Shown in pieces: positions 1 to 9,819 of a stretch of 64,000 nt of DNA; the first letter of the stretch is position 1, and each line of letters opens with the position of its first letter. The notes under the pieces are model-generated. The model saw only the letters and a program-made list of their open reading frames with translations. It made no database searches and was not told where the DNA came from. Made by a program: the position numbers and the translations under genes. The stretch comes from Ulvibacterium sp. GTDB taxonomy: Bacteria > Bacteroidota > Bacteroidia > Flavobacteriales > Flavobacteriaceae. Location: assembly GCF_028285715.1 (NCBI RefSeq), contig NZ_JANQOO010000024.1, forward strand, positions 9,539-73,538, in the 5' to 3' direction.

Positions 1-512
1 AGAACGATTTGCAAAAATTGGACGAGTTTTTAAGGGAAAGGGAGGTGGTTGATATTCTCATAAATAACGCCGGAATGTTAGTGAACAAGCCCTTTTTGAA
101 AACTACCTCCGAAGAATTTGAAAAAATCTACAAAGTGAATGTGTTTGGAGTAGCGGAAATTGTAAAAGTCGTTCTTCCTAAGATGCCTAAAAATGGGCAT
201 GTAGTAAATATCAGTTCCATGGGAGGCGTTCAAGGGAGTGTAAAGTTTCCCGGGCTTTCCGCCTACAGTTCCAGTAAAGGGGCGTTAATTACCTTAACGG
301 AACTTTGGGCAGAGGAATTCAAGGAAACCGGACCATCCTTTAATGTTTTGGCTTTGGGCGCCGTTCAGACCGAAATGTTGGAAGAGGCTTTTCCAGGCTA
401 TCAAGCCCCGACCACCCCTTTGGAAATGGCTACCTACATCAAGGAATTTGCCTTAACCGGGCACAAGCTCTATAATGGGAAAATATTACAGGTGAGCACT
501 AGTACCCCTTGA
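1..512 (+). CDS. SDR-family short-chain dehydrogenase/reductase, C-terminal part (5' end outside window)
   Basis: Frame is open to the window edge. NNAG motif and catalytic Ser...YxxxK pattern (SSMGG...YSSSKGA) typical of classical SDRs. Confidence 0.8.
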   Translation, partial: NDLQKLDEFLREREVVDILINNAGMLVNKPFLKTTSEEFEKIYKVNVFGVAEIVKVVLPKMPKNGHVVNISSMGGVQGSVKFPGLSAYSSSKGALITLTELWAEEFKETGPSFNVLALGAVQTEMLEEAFPGYQAPTTPLEMATYIKEFALTGHKLYNGKILQVSTSTP

Positions 513-521
513 TTTTTTACT

Positions 522-2252
522 TTATAAAATGGAGTTCTCAATTTCCAAATCGGCATGTTTCCAAGCATTTTCAAATTCCTCTTTAATTTTGCCTGCTTCA
601 TCCATTTTGCCTTGGGCCTTTAAACTTTGGTATAGCCCCATTAATGACCACCCATTTTGTCTGAGTTCCTGTAGGTCCTCTTTGTAGATTTTCTCGGCTT
701 CTTCATACTTTTCTGCCTTCATCAAAGCGAACCCTAAGGTTTGACGTGATGGAATATGCCACGGGGAAGGTTCACTATATATCAGCTGGTCTTCCAGGAC
801 CACGGCCTTTTCAAGATGTTCAATAGCCTTTGAATCGTTTCCCTCATACAAGGCAATTTCACCGGCTACTACCGCATGGGCCACCTTGGCAATACTTGAA
901 GTTGGATTGGTGTAATTCGCGATTACATTCTCAAGTTCAGGGTCATCCTTCATAACGGCAATGGCCTGTAACTCCTCTTTGGCTTCTTTTAGGTTGTTCT
1001 TTCTAAGAAAAGCTATGCCACGGGCGTAATGCCATATCAGTTTCAGATGTTTGTAATCGTCCCCTTGATTGGGAATGGTCAGTACTTCATTCCATTTTCC
1101 AAATCGGGTATAAGCCAGAAGTGGAGTCGATGCAAAATCCTGTAGGAAAGGTAAGGTCCTTAATTCCGAAATAGGAACTTTCTCCGCAGTTTTTTGGGCG
1201 GCTTCTATGGCCATTTCGCTATTCCCGAGCAAACTTGCTGCGGACCATAAAAAATGTAGGTTATGTGGATAATATCCCAAAGGATACATCCCTTGCGAAT
1301 AACATTGTGAGATATAATCCTCATCTGCAAGTATAGCCTTTTGGTTTGATTTTACAGCATCAAGATACCGACCAACACGAATGTAAATATGAGAGGGCAT
1401 ATGCACGAGATGTCCTGCGGCCGGCATGAGCCTACCCAGTCTGTCCGCACTGGGAATCGCTAAGTCAGGTTGGGGCAACTCTACCATGTGAATATAGTAA
1501 TGGTGCGCCCCCGGATGGTCAGGATTAATGTTTATGGCCTTTTCCAGGGCGGCCTTTCCCCTTAGGGTATTTGGGGCAGGATTTCCATCGGTATCCCAAT
1601 AGTTCCAGGGCATGGTGTTCATAATGGCGGCCGCATATAAGGTTTGGATATCGGCATCTTGGGGAAACCTCTCGGCTACCTTGGCCATAGCGTTCATATA
1701 GTCCTTGTTCAATTCAACGATATCCTCCTCTAAATCGGCACTATAACGGGAGGCCAAAGCTGAAATGAGTTCCTGTTCTTTTGAGCTTGCCCGGCCGGCT
1801 AATTTTTGTGCATGCTGCAACGCTTCAAAGGCCTTCGTCTTTCGTTCATCATCGGGTAGGGCATCATTGATGTTAGGGCCAAGGGCATAGGCCTGTCCCC
1901 AAAAGGCCATGGCCGCATTGGGATCCAAACGAGCAGCTTCCATGAAGGATCGATGGGCCTCTGCATGGTTAAAAGCATAGGTTAGGCGTAGACCTTGGTC
2001 AAAAAAATCCTGTGCCTTGTCTACGGAGGTAGAAATTTCATAACTGTGATTTCCCAAATTTTCGAAAAGTGGGGCAATCTGTTGGGTAGTGTCAACGGTA
2101 CTCAACATAAACTTGGCAACGGTACACTTCATAAAGTTCATTGAAGCCATTTGTGGAACTGGCTCGTCTTCTTGCTTGGTTTCTGAAAAAATGAAAGTGG
2201 CAACCGCCAAAACGCCCATTGCCCCCAAAATCATGATTTGTCCTTTTTTCAT
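522..2252 (-). CDS. TPR-like repeat protein with N-terminal signal/anchor segment
   Basis: 576-aa ORF with hydrophobic N-terminus (MILGAMGVLAVATFIF), then helical repeats with TPR-like spacing (e.g. AEAHRSFMEAARLDPNAAMAFWGQAYA). Function unknown. Confidence 0.6.
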   Translation of the reverse strand: MKKGQIMILGAMGVLAVATFIFSETKQEDEPVPQMASMNFMKCTVAKFMLSTVDTTQQIAPLFENLGNHSYEISTSVDKAQDFFDQGLRLTYAFNHAEAHRSFMEAARLDPNAAMAFWGQAYALGPNINDALPDDERKTKAFEALQHAQKLAGRASSKEQELISALASRYSADLEEDIVELNKDYMNAMAKVAERFPQDADIQTLYAAAIMNTMPWNYWDTDGNPAPNTLRGKAALEKAININPDHPGAHHYYIHMVELPQPDLAIPSADRLGRLMPAAGHLVHMPSHIYIRVGRYLDAVKSNQKAILADEDYISQCYSQGMYPLGYYPHNLHFLWSAASLLGNSEMAIEAAQKTAEKVPISELRTLPFLQDFASTPLLAYTRFGKWNEVLTIPNQGDDYKHLKLIWHYARGIAFLRKNNLKEAKEELQAIAVMKDDPELENVIANYTNPTSSIAKVAHAVVAGEIALYEGNDSKAIEHLEKAVVLEDQLIYSEPSPWHIPSRQTLGFALMKAEKYEEAEKIYKEDLQELRQNGWSLMGLYQSLKAQGKMDEAGKIKEEFENAWKHADLEIENSIL

Positions 2253-2413
2253 GGTAATGGTAATATATTGAAATTGCTGTAATAAATTGGATGTATAATC
2301 CTTTCCGGGGAGAACTGCTTGAAAAGCTCTGTATTTGAGACCTTTAAATATAGGAAAATTTGATGAATTTTGCTTTGGAGAGAACCCAATGGAAAATTCC
2401 TATTTTTGTGCCA

Positions 2414-3016
2414 ATGGATAACCCCCTTCGTAAATATCTACCAGAACGCGCGGTAGAACCTTGTTTTGAACTTATCAGAACCTACAGGGTACAGCTTAAA
2501 ATTGTAAACCATCGCGTTACACGTCACGGAGACTATAGGATGCTACCCAACGGATTGCACCAAATTACGGTAAATGCTACCTTGAATCCCTATCGTTTTT
2601 TGATTACTTTGGTCCATGAGATTGCTCATTTAGTAGCTTTTGAAAAACATGGTAGACGAATAAAGCCCCACGGTCCGGAATGGAAGCATACTTTCCAATA
2701 TTTGATGCTGCCCTTTATTCGCCCGGAAATTTTTCCCTCCAAATTATTGCCGTTATTGGCCAAACACTTCAAAAACCCCAAGGCCAGTAGTGATACGGAC
2801 ACCCATCTGTCCTTGGCCCTCAAGCAATTTGATGTTGGGCATTCAGATAAGACCTACATTTTTCAGTTACCTTTGGGAAGTGTTTTTCGCATTTATAACG
2901 GTAAATTGTTCAAAAAAGGAAATAAACGCGTAAAACGCTATGAATGTGTAGAAATTGCTACCGGTAAGGTATATTTATTTCAGCCCAATGCCGAGGTGGA
3001 ATTGATTACCGATTAA
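2414..3016 (+). CDS. SprT-like zinc-metalloprotease domain protein
   Basis: HExxH motif (LVHEIAHLV) in a ~200-aa protein. The ORF is open from 2360 (TTG) and 2363 (ATG). I prefer ATG 2414 (MDNPLRKYLP) because a TATTTTTG -7 box sits at 2401-2408. Start is uncertain. Confidence 0.6.
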   Translation: MDNPLRKYLPERAVEPCFELIRTYRVQLKIVNHRVTRHGDYRMLPNGLHQITVNATLNPYRFLITLVHEIAHLVAFEKHGRRIKPHGPEWKHTFQYLMLPFIRPEIFPSKLLPLLAKHFKNPKASSDTDTHLSLALKQFDVGHSDKTYIFQLPLGSVFRIYNGKLFKKGNKRVKRYECVEIATGKVYLFQPNAEVELITD

Positions 3017-3061
3017 ACGGTAATCGTGCACAGTAAGTAAAACTGATTTTTGATTGATACT

Positions 3062-4141
3062 ATGAATACAAACTATTACGCCGTATTGATGGCCGGAGGT
3101 GTGGGGTCTCGTTTTTGGCCGATAAGTACGTCCACTTATCCCAAACAATTCCATGATATGTTGGGTACCGGGGACACCCTCATTCAAAAGACTTTTAAAC
3201 GTCTTAATACCTTTATACCCAAGGAGAATATCCTTGTTCTAACCAATGAAAGGTATAATGATTTAGTATTGGAGCAATTACCTTTGGTAAAGCCGGAGCA
3301 GGTAGTGCTGGAACCGGCCATGCGCAATACGGCCCCTTGCATATTATATGCCGCATTAAAGATTCAAAAGATGAATCCCAATGCCGTAATGGTAGTGGCT
3401 CCCAGTGATCATTGGATAGAGGATGAAGAGGCCTTTGCCCAGGATGTCATTGCATGCTTTGATAAGTGTGAAAAAGAAACTGCCCTATGTACGCTGGGAA
3501 TTGTACCAACCTTTCCGAATACGGGATTTGGTTATATAGAATATGAGAAGGAAACGAATGGAAAATTAAAAAAAGTCCATCAATTCCGGGAAAAACCGGA
3601 TTATGAAACCGCCAAGGAATTCTTGAACCAAGGCAATTTTCTCTGGAATGCCGGAATTTTCATTTGGAGCGTAGATACTATAATAAAGGCTTTTCAGGAG
3701 TATCAGCCTACACAATATGAATTGTTTTCCGAGGGTATTTCCTGTTATAACACGGCCGATGAAAAGAGCTTTATTGCCAATAATTATGCAAAAGCCGAAA
3801 ATATCTCCATTGATTATGCTATTTTAGAGCGTTCCAAAGCCATTTATGTACTACCAGCCTCATTTGATTGGAACGACTTAGGTACTTGGGGTTCCCTGTT
3901 CGATAAACTGGACAAGGACGAAAACAACAATGCCCTTGTAAATTGCCAAGTGATATGCGAGGACGCATCGGGGAATATGATTCGGTCCCCAAAGGGAAAG
4001 ATTGTGGTGGTGGACGGATTAAAGGAATATATTATCGTAGATAAAGAAGAAGTGCTATTGATTTATCCCAAATCCAAGGAGCAGGACATTAAAACGGTGT
4101 TGTCTAGAGTAAAGGATACCTACGGGGATAAATATGCATAA
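3062..4141 (+). CDS. manC: mannose-1-phosphate guanylyltransferase
   Basis: N-terminal nucleotidyltransferase signature AVLMAGGVGSRFWP and ~360-aa length. First in-frame ATG is at 3062; the track ORF starts at TTG 3050. Confidence 0.8.
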   Translation: MNTNYYAVLMAGGVGSRFWPISTSTYPKQFHDMLGTGDTLIQKTFKRLNTFIPKENILVLTNERYNDLVLEQLPLVKPEQVVLEPAMRNTAPCILYAALKIQKMNPNAVMVVAPSDHWIEDEEAFAQDVIACFDKCEKETALCTLGIVPTFPNTGFGYIEYEKETNGKLKKVHQFREKPDYETAKEFLNQGNFLWNAGIFIWSVDTIIKAFQEYQPTQYELFSEGISCYNTADEKSFIANNYAKAENISIDYAILERSKAIYVLPASFDWNDLGTWGSLFDKLDKDENNNALVNCQVICEDASGNMIRSPKGKIVVVDGLKEYIIVDKEEVLLIYPKSKEQDIKTVLSRVKDTYGDKYA

Positions 4142-4143
4142 CA

Positions 4144-5613
4144 ATGAACAACAATCAGAACCAAGAAAATAGCGCTCCCATAGGAAAACCGCAGGACAGT
4201 GGAGACGATGTAAAAAAGAATTTTCAAGGACTGTTGGGGAGCACCAAAAAGTTCCTTTTTGAATTGCTGGACATCCGGAGCAATACGGATCAGAGCGCAA
4301 CAAAGGAAGCCATTATTGCTGATATTCCTTTCAAGGGGCATACATCATGGATTTTGATATGTTCCATTTTTATTGCCTCGGTAGGCCTCAATGCCAATTC
4401 TACCGCTGTCGTCATCGGAGCCATGTTAATTTCCCCACTAATGGGCCCTATTTTGGGTATTGGTATGTCCGTAGCAATCAATGATATTGATACCTTAAGG
4501 CGTTCTCTCAAGAATTTTGCGGTTATGGTGGTCCTGAGTGTACTTACGGCATATCTGTTTTTTAGGTTCTTTCCACTCCGCGATGAATCCTCCGAACTTT
4601 TGGCTCGCACCGCTCCGGATATTAGAGATGTATTGATTGCTTTTTTTGGAGGTCTCGCGTTGGTAATCGCACGGGCAAAGAAAGGAACTATAGCCTCCGT
4701 AATTTTCGGCGTTGCCATAGCCACGGCCCTGATGCCTCCTTTGTGTACCGTTGGCTTTGGTTTGGCCATTGGAAATTGGCAATACGCCTGGGGCGCCATG
4801 TACCTCTTTATCATCAACACGATTTTTATCGCTTTGGCCACTTTTTTGGTGCTGAAATTACTGCGTTTTCCAATGGTTCGGTATGTGAATTCCAGAAGGC
4901 GCAGACTGGTTTCCAGGGTCGCTTCCATTATTGCCATCTTGGTCATGGTACCCGCAGGATTCACATTTTATGATGTCTTTCAAGAATCATTATTTCGGAA
5001 TCAGGCCAACCAATTTATTACCGAAAAAATAGCGCCATACCAATTTTCAGGTGAAGGTCGCTTCCTGGAGGATTTTTCCGATATAGAATTCAACCATGGC
5101 GAAAACCCTTCCATAGAGTTGGTGTTTATGGGCAATGAGACGGTGCCGGACAATATCATAGCAACTTGGAATTCCCAAAAGAATGAATTTTCAAAATTGC
5201 AAAACTGTGAATTACGCATTATCCAAGGTTCCAAAAATGACGAATTCGATCAATTGAAATATGTAAACGAACTATATGAATCCCAAAAAGAGGCCTTATT
5301 GGGTAAGGATGAAAAGATAGAGCTGTTGGAGTTGGAAGTAAATCGATTAAAACAGTCGGCCACGCAGCAAGTTCCCTTTCGCGAAATCAGTGCAGAAGCA
5401 AAGACCAACTATGAGAACCTTTCCACTATGGGCTTTTCATACCTTATAACAACTGACTTCAGTAAAACAGATACTATCCCTATTTTTGAAGTAAAATGGA
5501 AGCAAGGCATTTCCACCAATCAAAAAACTAAGGACACCAAAAAACTAACGGATTGGTTAAAACTCCGATTGAACAATAAGAACATTCAGCTGAGGGAAGC
5601 TGCCCAAGACTGA
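4144..5613 (+). CDS. DUF389-family integral membrane protein
   Basis: 489-aa ORF with several hydrophobic helices and the conserved ISPLMGPILG stretch typical of DUF389/TIGR00341-type proteins. Soluble C-terminal domain. Confidence 0.6.
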   Translation: MNNNQNQENSAPIGKPQDSGDDVKKNFQGLLGSTKKFLFELLDIRSNTDQSATKEAIIADIPFKGHTSWILICSIFIASVGLNANSTAVVIGAMLISPLMGPILGIGMSVAINDIDTLRRSLKNFAVMVVLSVLTAYLFFRFFPLRDESSELLARTAPDIRDVLIAFFGGLALVIARAKKGTIASVIFGVAIATALMPPLCTVGFGLAIGNWQYAWGAMYLFIINTIFIALATFLVLKLLRFPMVRYVNSRRRRLVSRVASIIAILVMVPAGFTFYDVFQESLFRNQANQFITEKIAPYQFSGEGRFLEDFSDIEFNHGENPSIELVFMGNETVPDNIIATWNSQKNEFSKLQNCELRIIQGSKNDEFDQLKYVNELYESQKEALLGKDEKIELLELEVNRLKQSATQQVPFREISAEAKTNYENLSTMGFSYLITTDFSKTDTIPIFEVKWKQGISTNQKTKDTKKLTDWLKLRLNNKNIQLREAAQD

Positions 5614-5652
5614 TTTTTATCGTTTTCGCGAAAACGAATCATCACTAATAAG

Positions 5653-6420
5653 TTAGTTACGTTCCTCAATATACATCTGCCGCACCTTCTTAAAAAGTTC
5701 CGAGGAGTACACAAAATTGGTCACGGCCTCATTATCCGTCTTAAAAATCTCCTTATTGGTCCCCTCCCATTCCTTAATGCCATTTTTCAAGAAAATAATC
5801 TTCTCCCCAATTTCCATAACGGAATTCATGTCATGGGAGTTTATTACTGTGGTAATATTGTATTCCTGGGTGATTTCTTGGATAAGATTATCAATCAATA
5901 TGGCCGTTTTCGGATCAAGCCCGGAATTGGGCTCATCACAGAATAGGTATTTGGGATTCATAACAATGGCTCTGGCAATGGCCACCCTTTTTTGCATTCC
6001 ACCCGAAATTTCGGAAGGATATTTGTGATGGGCGTCTACCAAGTTCACCCGCCTAAGCACAAAATCTACACGATCTTGCATTTCGGAAACGGACTGTTTC
6101 GTAAACATTTCCAAGGGAAACCTTACATTGCCTTCCACGGTCATGGAATCAAAAAGGGCACTTCCCTGGAATACCATCCCCATTTCTTGTCTTAAATTCC
6201 GCTGTTCACTGATTGACAATTCGGAATATATCTTACCGTCATAGCTTATGGTACCCTCCTCGGGGGTGAACAGCCCTAACAGACATTTTATAAAAACGGT
6301 CTTTCCCGAACCGCTTTGGCCTATAATAAGATTGGTCTTTCCTTTATCAAAGCATGTAGTAATTCCTTTCAATACATGGGCATCACCAAAAGATTTATAT
6401 ATGTTGTCCACTTCAATCAT
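5653..6420 (-). CDS. ABC transporter ATP-binding protein (MlaF-like)
   Basis: Walker A GQSGSGKT, ABC signature SGGMQKR, Walker B LFCDEP. Start taken at MIEVDNIYKSF (ATG 6420), which overlaps the upstream permease stop by 1 nt. Confidence 0.85.
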   Translation of the reverse strand: MIEVDNIYKSFGDAHVLKGITTCFDKGKTNLIIGQSGSGKTVFIKCLLGLFTPEEGTISYDGKIYSELSISEQRNLRQEMGMVFQGSALFDSMTVEGNVRFPLEMFTKQSVSEMQDRVDFVLRRVNLVDAHHKYPSEISGGMQKRVAIARAIVMNPKYLFCDEPNSGLDPKTAILIDNLIQEITQEYNITTVINSHDMNSVMEIGEKIIFLKNGIKEWEGTNKEIFKTDNEAVTNFVYSSELFKKVRQMYIEERN

Positions 6421-7157
6421 TAGCCCAGCAAAAGTTGTGTTAGGATATAATTTAGAATTATGATAACCACACTGGTCCAAACAAAGGACGTAGTAGCCGC
6501 TTTGCCCACTTCCAAGGCGCCTCCCTTCATGTAAAATCCGTGAAAAGAGGGAATAGTGGCCAGTATAAAGGCAAACACCAAGGTTTTGATAAAGGAATAG
6601 GTTACATGGAAGGGCCTAAAATCCAGTTGGAGACCTTCCACGAAATCCGCACTGGTACTAAATCCCCCAAAGACTCCAGCTACCCAACCCCCTAAAATTC
6701 CAATGTACATGGATATGGCTATGATAAAGGGATAAAACAACATGGCAATAATTTTAGGGAATACCAGATAGTTTAATGCATTGACGCCCATAACCTCCAA
6801 GGCATCGATTTGTTCGGTCACCCGCATGGTACCTATGCTTGAGGTGATATAGGAACCCACTTTCCCGGCCATAATTATGGAACAGAAAGTAGGGGCAAAT
6901 TCTAAGATAATGGATTGTCTGGTGGCAAAACCCACCAAGTACTTGGGAATGATTTCACTAGTAATATTTAAGGCCGTTTGTATGGCCACTACCCCTCCAA
7001 TAAAAAACGAGATAAAAATAAGGATGCCTAAAGATCCATAGATAAGTTCGTCTATTTCCTTTAAGATCAACGACTTCATTATGCTCCACTTTGTCGGCTT
7101 TTTAAAAACCTCCTTTACCATAATTGCATAACTGCCGATCGATGCTATATAATTCAT
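6420..7157 (-). CDS. ABC transporter permease (MlaE-like)
   Basis: 245-aa polytopic membrane ORF directly coupled to the MlaF-like ATPase. Size and hydrophobic pattern fit the MlaE/Ttg2B family. Confidence 0.75.
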   Translation of the reverse strand: MNYIASIGSYAIMVKEVFKKPTKWSIMKSLILKEIDELIYGSLGILIFISFFIGGVVAIQTALNITSEIIPKYLVGFATRQSIILEFAPTFCSIIMAGKVGSYITSSIGTMRVTEQIDALEVMGVNALNYLVFPKIIAMLFYPFIIAISMYIGILGGWVAGVFGGFSTSADFVEGLQLDFRPFHVTYSFIKTLVFAFILATIPSFHGFYMKGGALEVGKAATTSFVWTSVVIIILNYILTQLLLG

Positions 7158-7242
7158 GGATTAAAAATAGACTTCTCGTCGTAAAAATAACAATAAAGGA
7201 GTTCATTTCACCTGTATTTAAAGTTTTAAGGGGTATTTTACA

Positions 7243-7250
7243 TACTTTTG
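7243..7250 (+). promoter_or_regulatory. Bacteroidota-type -7 promoter box (TACTTTTG)
   Basis: Exact TAnnTTTG match 20 nt upstream of ATG 7270. This also argues against the TTG 7255 start in the ORF track. Confidence 0.4.
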
Positions 7251-7269
7251 TTTTTTGAAAAATATAGGT

Positions 7270-8952
7270 ATGCTTCTGAAAAAAAATCGTCCTTTTTTAT
7301 GCCTCCTTTTCGTAATTTTTGTATCCACAACTACTCTTGGCCAAAGAAAATCCAAAGCTGTCCCTAAGCAAAAACAGCAGGTGGAGTCGCAAACTTTGCC
7401 GAGACTTGTGGTAGGTATAGTGGTGGATCAGATGCGCTATGATTATCTTACCCGATTTTGGAACCATTTTGAGGAAGGCGGTTTTAAAAGAATGATTAGG
7501 GGAGGGTTTAATTGTAAGAACAACCATTTCAACTATGCACCTACAAATACCGGTCCTGGGCATACATCGGTCTATACCGGGACCACGCCCGCCACGCATG
7601 GCATTATTGGAAATGATTGGTACGATAAGGAATCTGAATTAATGGTGTATTGTGCCGGTGATACAAATTATACATCCATTGGTACAATCTCCAATGCTGG
7701 ACAAATGTCCCCTCACCATATGAATGTAACTACCATAACGGATGAACTGCGCTTACATACCCAAATGAGAGGAAAGACCATTGCAATTGCCCTAAAGGAC
7801 AGGGGAGCCGTATTGCCCGGGGGCCATACCGCAAATGCCGCTTATTGGTTTCAAGGTGGAGACGAGGGCAAATGGATCAGCAGTTCATATTATATGCCGG
7901 AACTTCCAAATTGGGTCAATGATTTCAATACATCCGGGAAAGCACAAGACTATAAAAGGGCCTGGACTACACTAAAGGACATAAATCTGTATGTGGAAAG
8001 TGGTCTGGACAATACGGACCACGAAGGCTTATTTGAGGATGAGACCGCTCCTATTTTTCCACATAGCACACCGAATCTATTGGACAAGAACAAGGATTTT
8101 GAAATTATAAAGACTACGCCCTATGGTAACAGCATTACTATTGATTTTGCTATGGAGGCCATAAAACATGAGAATCTAGGCGAGGATACGATAACAGATT
8201 TTTTGGCGATTAGTTTTTCCAGTACCGATTATATTGGGCACAAGTATGGGGTTAATTCAAAGGAAGTTCAGGATACCTATTTGAGATTGGACCGGGATTT
8301 GATTCGACTTTTCAACGCTTTGGACGAGAATGTCGGAATCGGTGAATATACCCTGTTTTTAACAGCTGATCATGGGGCTATTGATGTACCATCTTATTTA
8401 ATAGATCAAAAGATTCCTGCTGGTTATTTGGGATGGGAGAATTTAAAACCGGACTTTGAGCAATTTTTGGAGTTTACCTATGGAACAAGCGACATCGTCA
8501 AAAACTTTTCCAACTACCAGTTTTTTTTGGACCATAAGATTATTTCCAACTTGGATCTGGATTTACGGGAGGTTCAAGAGACAATCGGGAGGGAACTATT
8601 GGGATATGAACCAATTGACGGGGTATATACGGGCTATCAAATGTGGCAGAATCAATACACTTCGGGGATTCCCTATATTCTGCAAAATGGATATCATCAA
8701 AAACGATCAGGGGATATTCTGCTAGTATTGAAGCCGGGATATATTGGTTCGCCTAGAAAAGGTTCTACCCATGGATCCCCACAAATTTATGATACCCATG
8801 TTCCTTTGTTGTTCTACGGTAAGGGAATTAAAAAGGGTACTACGGTGAAAAGGACCGAAATCCCTGATATAGCTCCAACTTTGGCCGCTTTACTTGGGGT
8901 TGCCTTTCCTAACGGCAGTACAGGAAAACCAATTGAAGAGGTTTTGGAATAA
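7270..8952 (+). CDS. alkaline phosphatase / nucleotide pyrophosphatase family protein (PafA-like), secreted
   Basis: Signal peptide, then VVDQMRYDYL...TNTGPGHTSVYTGTTPATHGIIGNDW and SSTDYIGHKYG...ADHG metal-site motifs of the type I phosphodiesterase/AlkP superfamily. Confidence 0.75.
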   Translation: MLLKKNRPFLCLLFVIFVSTTTLGQRKSKAVPKQKQQVESQTLPRLVVGIVVDQMRYDYLTRFWNHFEEGGFKRMIRGGFNCKNNHFNYAPTNTGPGHTSVYTGTTPATHGIIGNDWYDKESELMVYCAGDTNYTSIGTISNAGQMSPHHMNVTTITDELRLHTQMRGKTIAIALKDRGAVLPGGHTANAAYWFQGGDEGKWISSSYYMPELPNWVNDFNTSGKAQDYKRAWTTLKDINLYVESGLDNTDHEGLFEDETAPIFPHSTPNLLDKNKDFEIIKTTPYGNSITIDFAMEAIKHENLGEDTITDFLAISFSSTDYIGHKYGVNSKEVQDTYLRLDRDLIRLFNALDENVGIGEYTLFLTADHGAIDVPSYLIDQKIPAGYLGWENLKPDFEQFLEFTYGTSDIVKNFSNYQFFLDHKIISNLDLDLREVQETIGRELLGYEPIDGVYTGYQMWQNQYTSGIPYILQNGYHQKRSGDILLVLKPGYIGSPRKGSTHGSPQIYDTHVPLLFYGKGIKKGTTVKRTEIPDIAPTLAALLGVAFPNGSTGKPIEEVLE

Positions 8953-8962
8953 TCCTTTTGAA

Positions 8963-9751
8963 ATGCAAGATAGTCCAATAGGTATTTTTGATTCTGGAGT
9001 TGGGGGGACTTCCATTTGGAAGGAAATTCAAAAGTTACTTCCCAATGAAGATACCCTATATCTTGCTGATAGCAAAAATGCTCCCTACGGCGAAAAACCT
9101 AAGGAGGAAATCGTTCGATTGAGCCGAAAAAACACGGAATTCCTTTTACGGAAAAAGTGTAAATTAATCGTAGTTGCCTGTAACACGGCTACCACAAATG
9201 CGATTACCCACCTAAGGGAAAATTATGACCTTCCGTTTATCGGCATTGAACCGGCCATAAAACCCGCTGCCCTGAACTCAAAATCCAAAACAGTGGGAGT
9301 TTTGGCTACAAAAGGCACATTGGCCAGTAGTCTTTTCCACAGTACCTCGGAAAACCATGCCTACGGTATTCAGGTAATGGAACAGGAGGGTACCGGGTTA
9401 GTAGAGTTGATCGAAAGGGGAGAGCTCCAGACTGCAAAAACAAGAGATTTGCTTAAAAAATTTCTAGATCCCATGCTGGATAAGGGAATCGACTATTTGG
9501 TTTTGGGTTGTAGCCATTACCCCTATCTGATTCCTCTAATGGAGGAATTACTTCCGCCACATGTAAGGATTATTGATTCCGGGGAAGCCGTGGCCCGGCA
9601 GACCAATGCAATTTTGTTGGAACGTAACTTATTGAATGCCAAAAGTGGCCCGGTAAGGCATCAGTTTCTCAGTAATACGGATAACACTGTCTTAAAAAAT
9701 TTGCTCTTTAATGTGGATGCTGAAATGGAGTTTTCTTGTTTGACTTTTTGA
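8963..9751 (+). CDS. murI: glutamate racemase
   Basis: IGIFDSGVGG N-terminus, ACNTAT and GCSHYP catalytic Cys motifs. ATG 8963 chosen; the track ORF extends upstream into the preceding gene. Confidence 0.9.
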   Translation: MQDSPIGIFDSGVGGTSIWKEIQKLLPNEDTLYLADSKNAPYGEKPKEEIVRLSRKNTEFLLRKKCKLIVVACNTATTNAITHLRENYDLPFIGIEPAIKPAALNSKSKTVGVLATKGTLASSLFHSTSENHAYGIQVMEQEGTGLVELIERGELQTAKTRDLLKKFLDPMLDKGIDYLVLGCSHYPYLIPLMEELLPPHVRIIDSGEAVARQTNAILLERNLLNAKSGPVRHQFLSNTDNTVLKNLLFNVDAEMEFSCLTF

Positions 9752-9819
9752 TGGCAAATTAAAAAATGTCTTTTAGGAAACCTTAGGTAAACGGTGAATT
9801 TGCTTTATGGACAGAGCCA

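Noticed and set aside
4290-4964. 224-aa minus-strand ORF, plus shorter ORFs at 4495-4782, 4743-4973 and 5001-5234, inside the DUF389 gene
   Set aside because: Shadow ORFs opposite or overlapping a coherent membrane-protein frame. No motifs and skewed composition.
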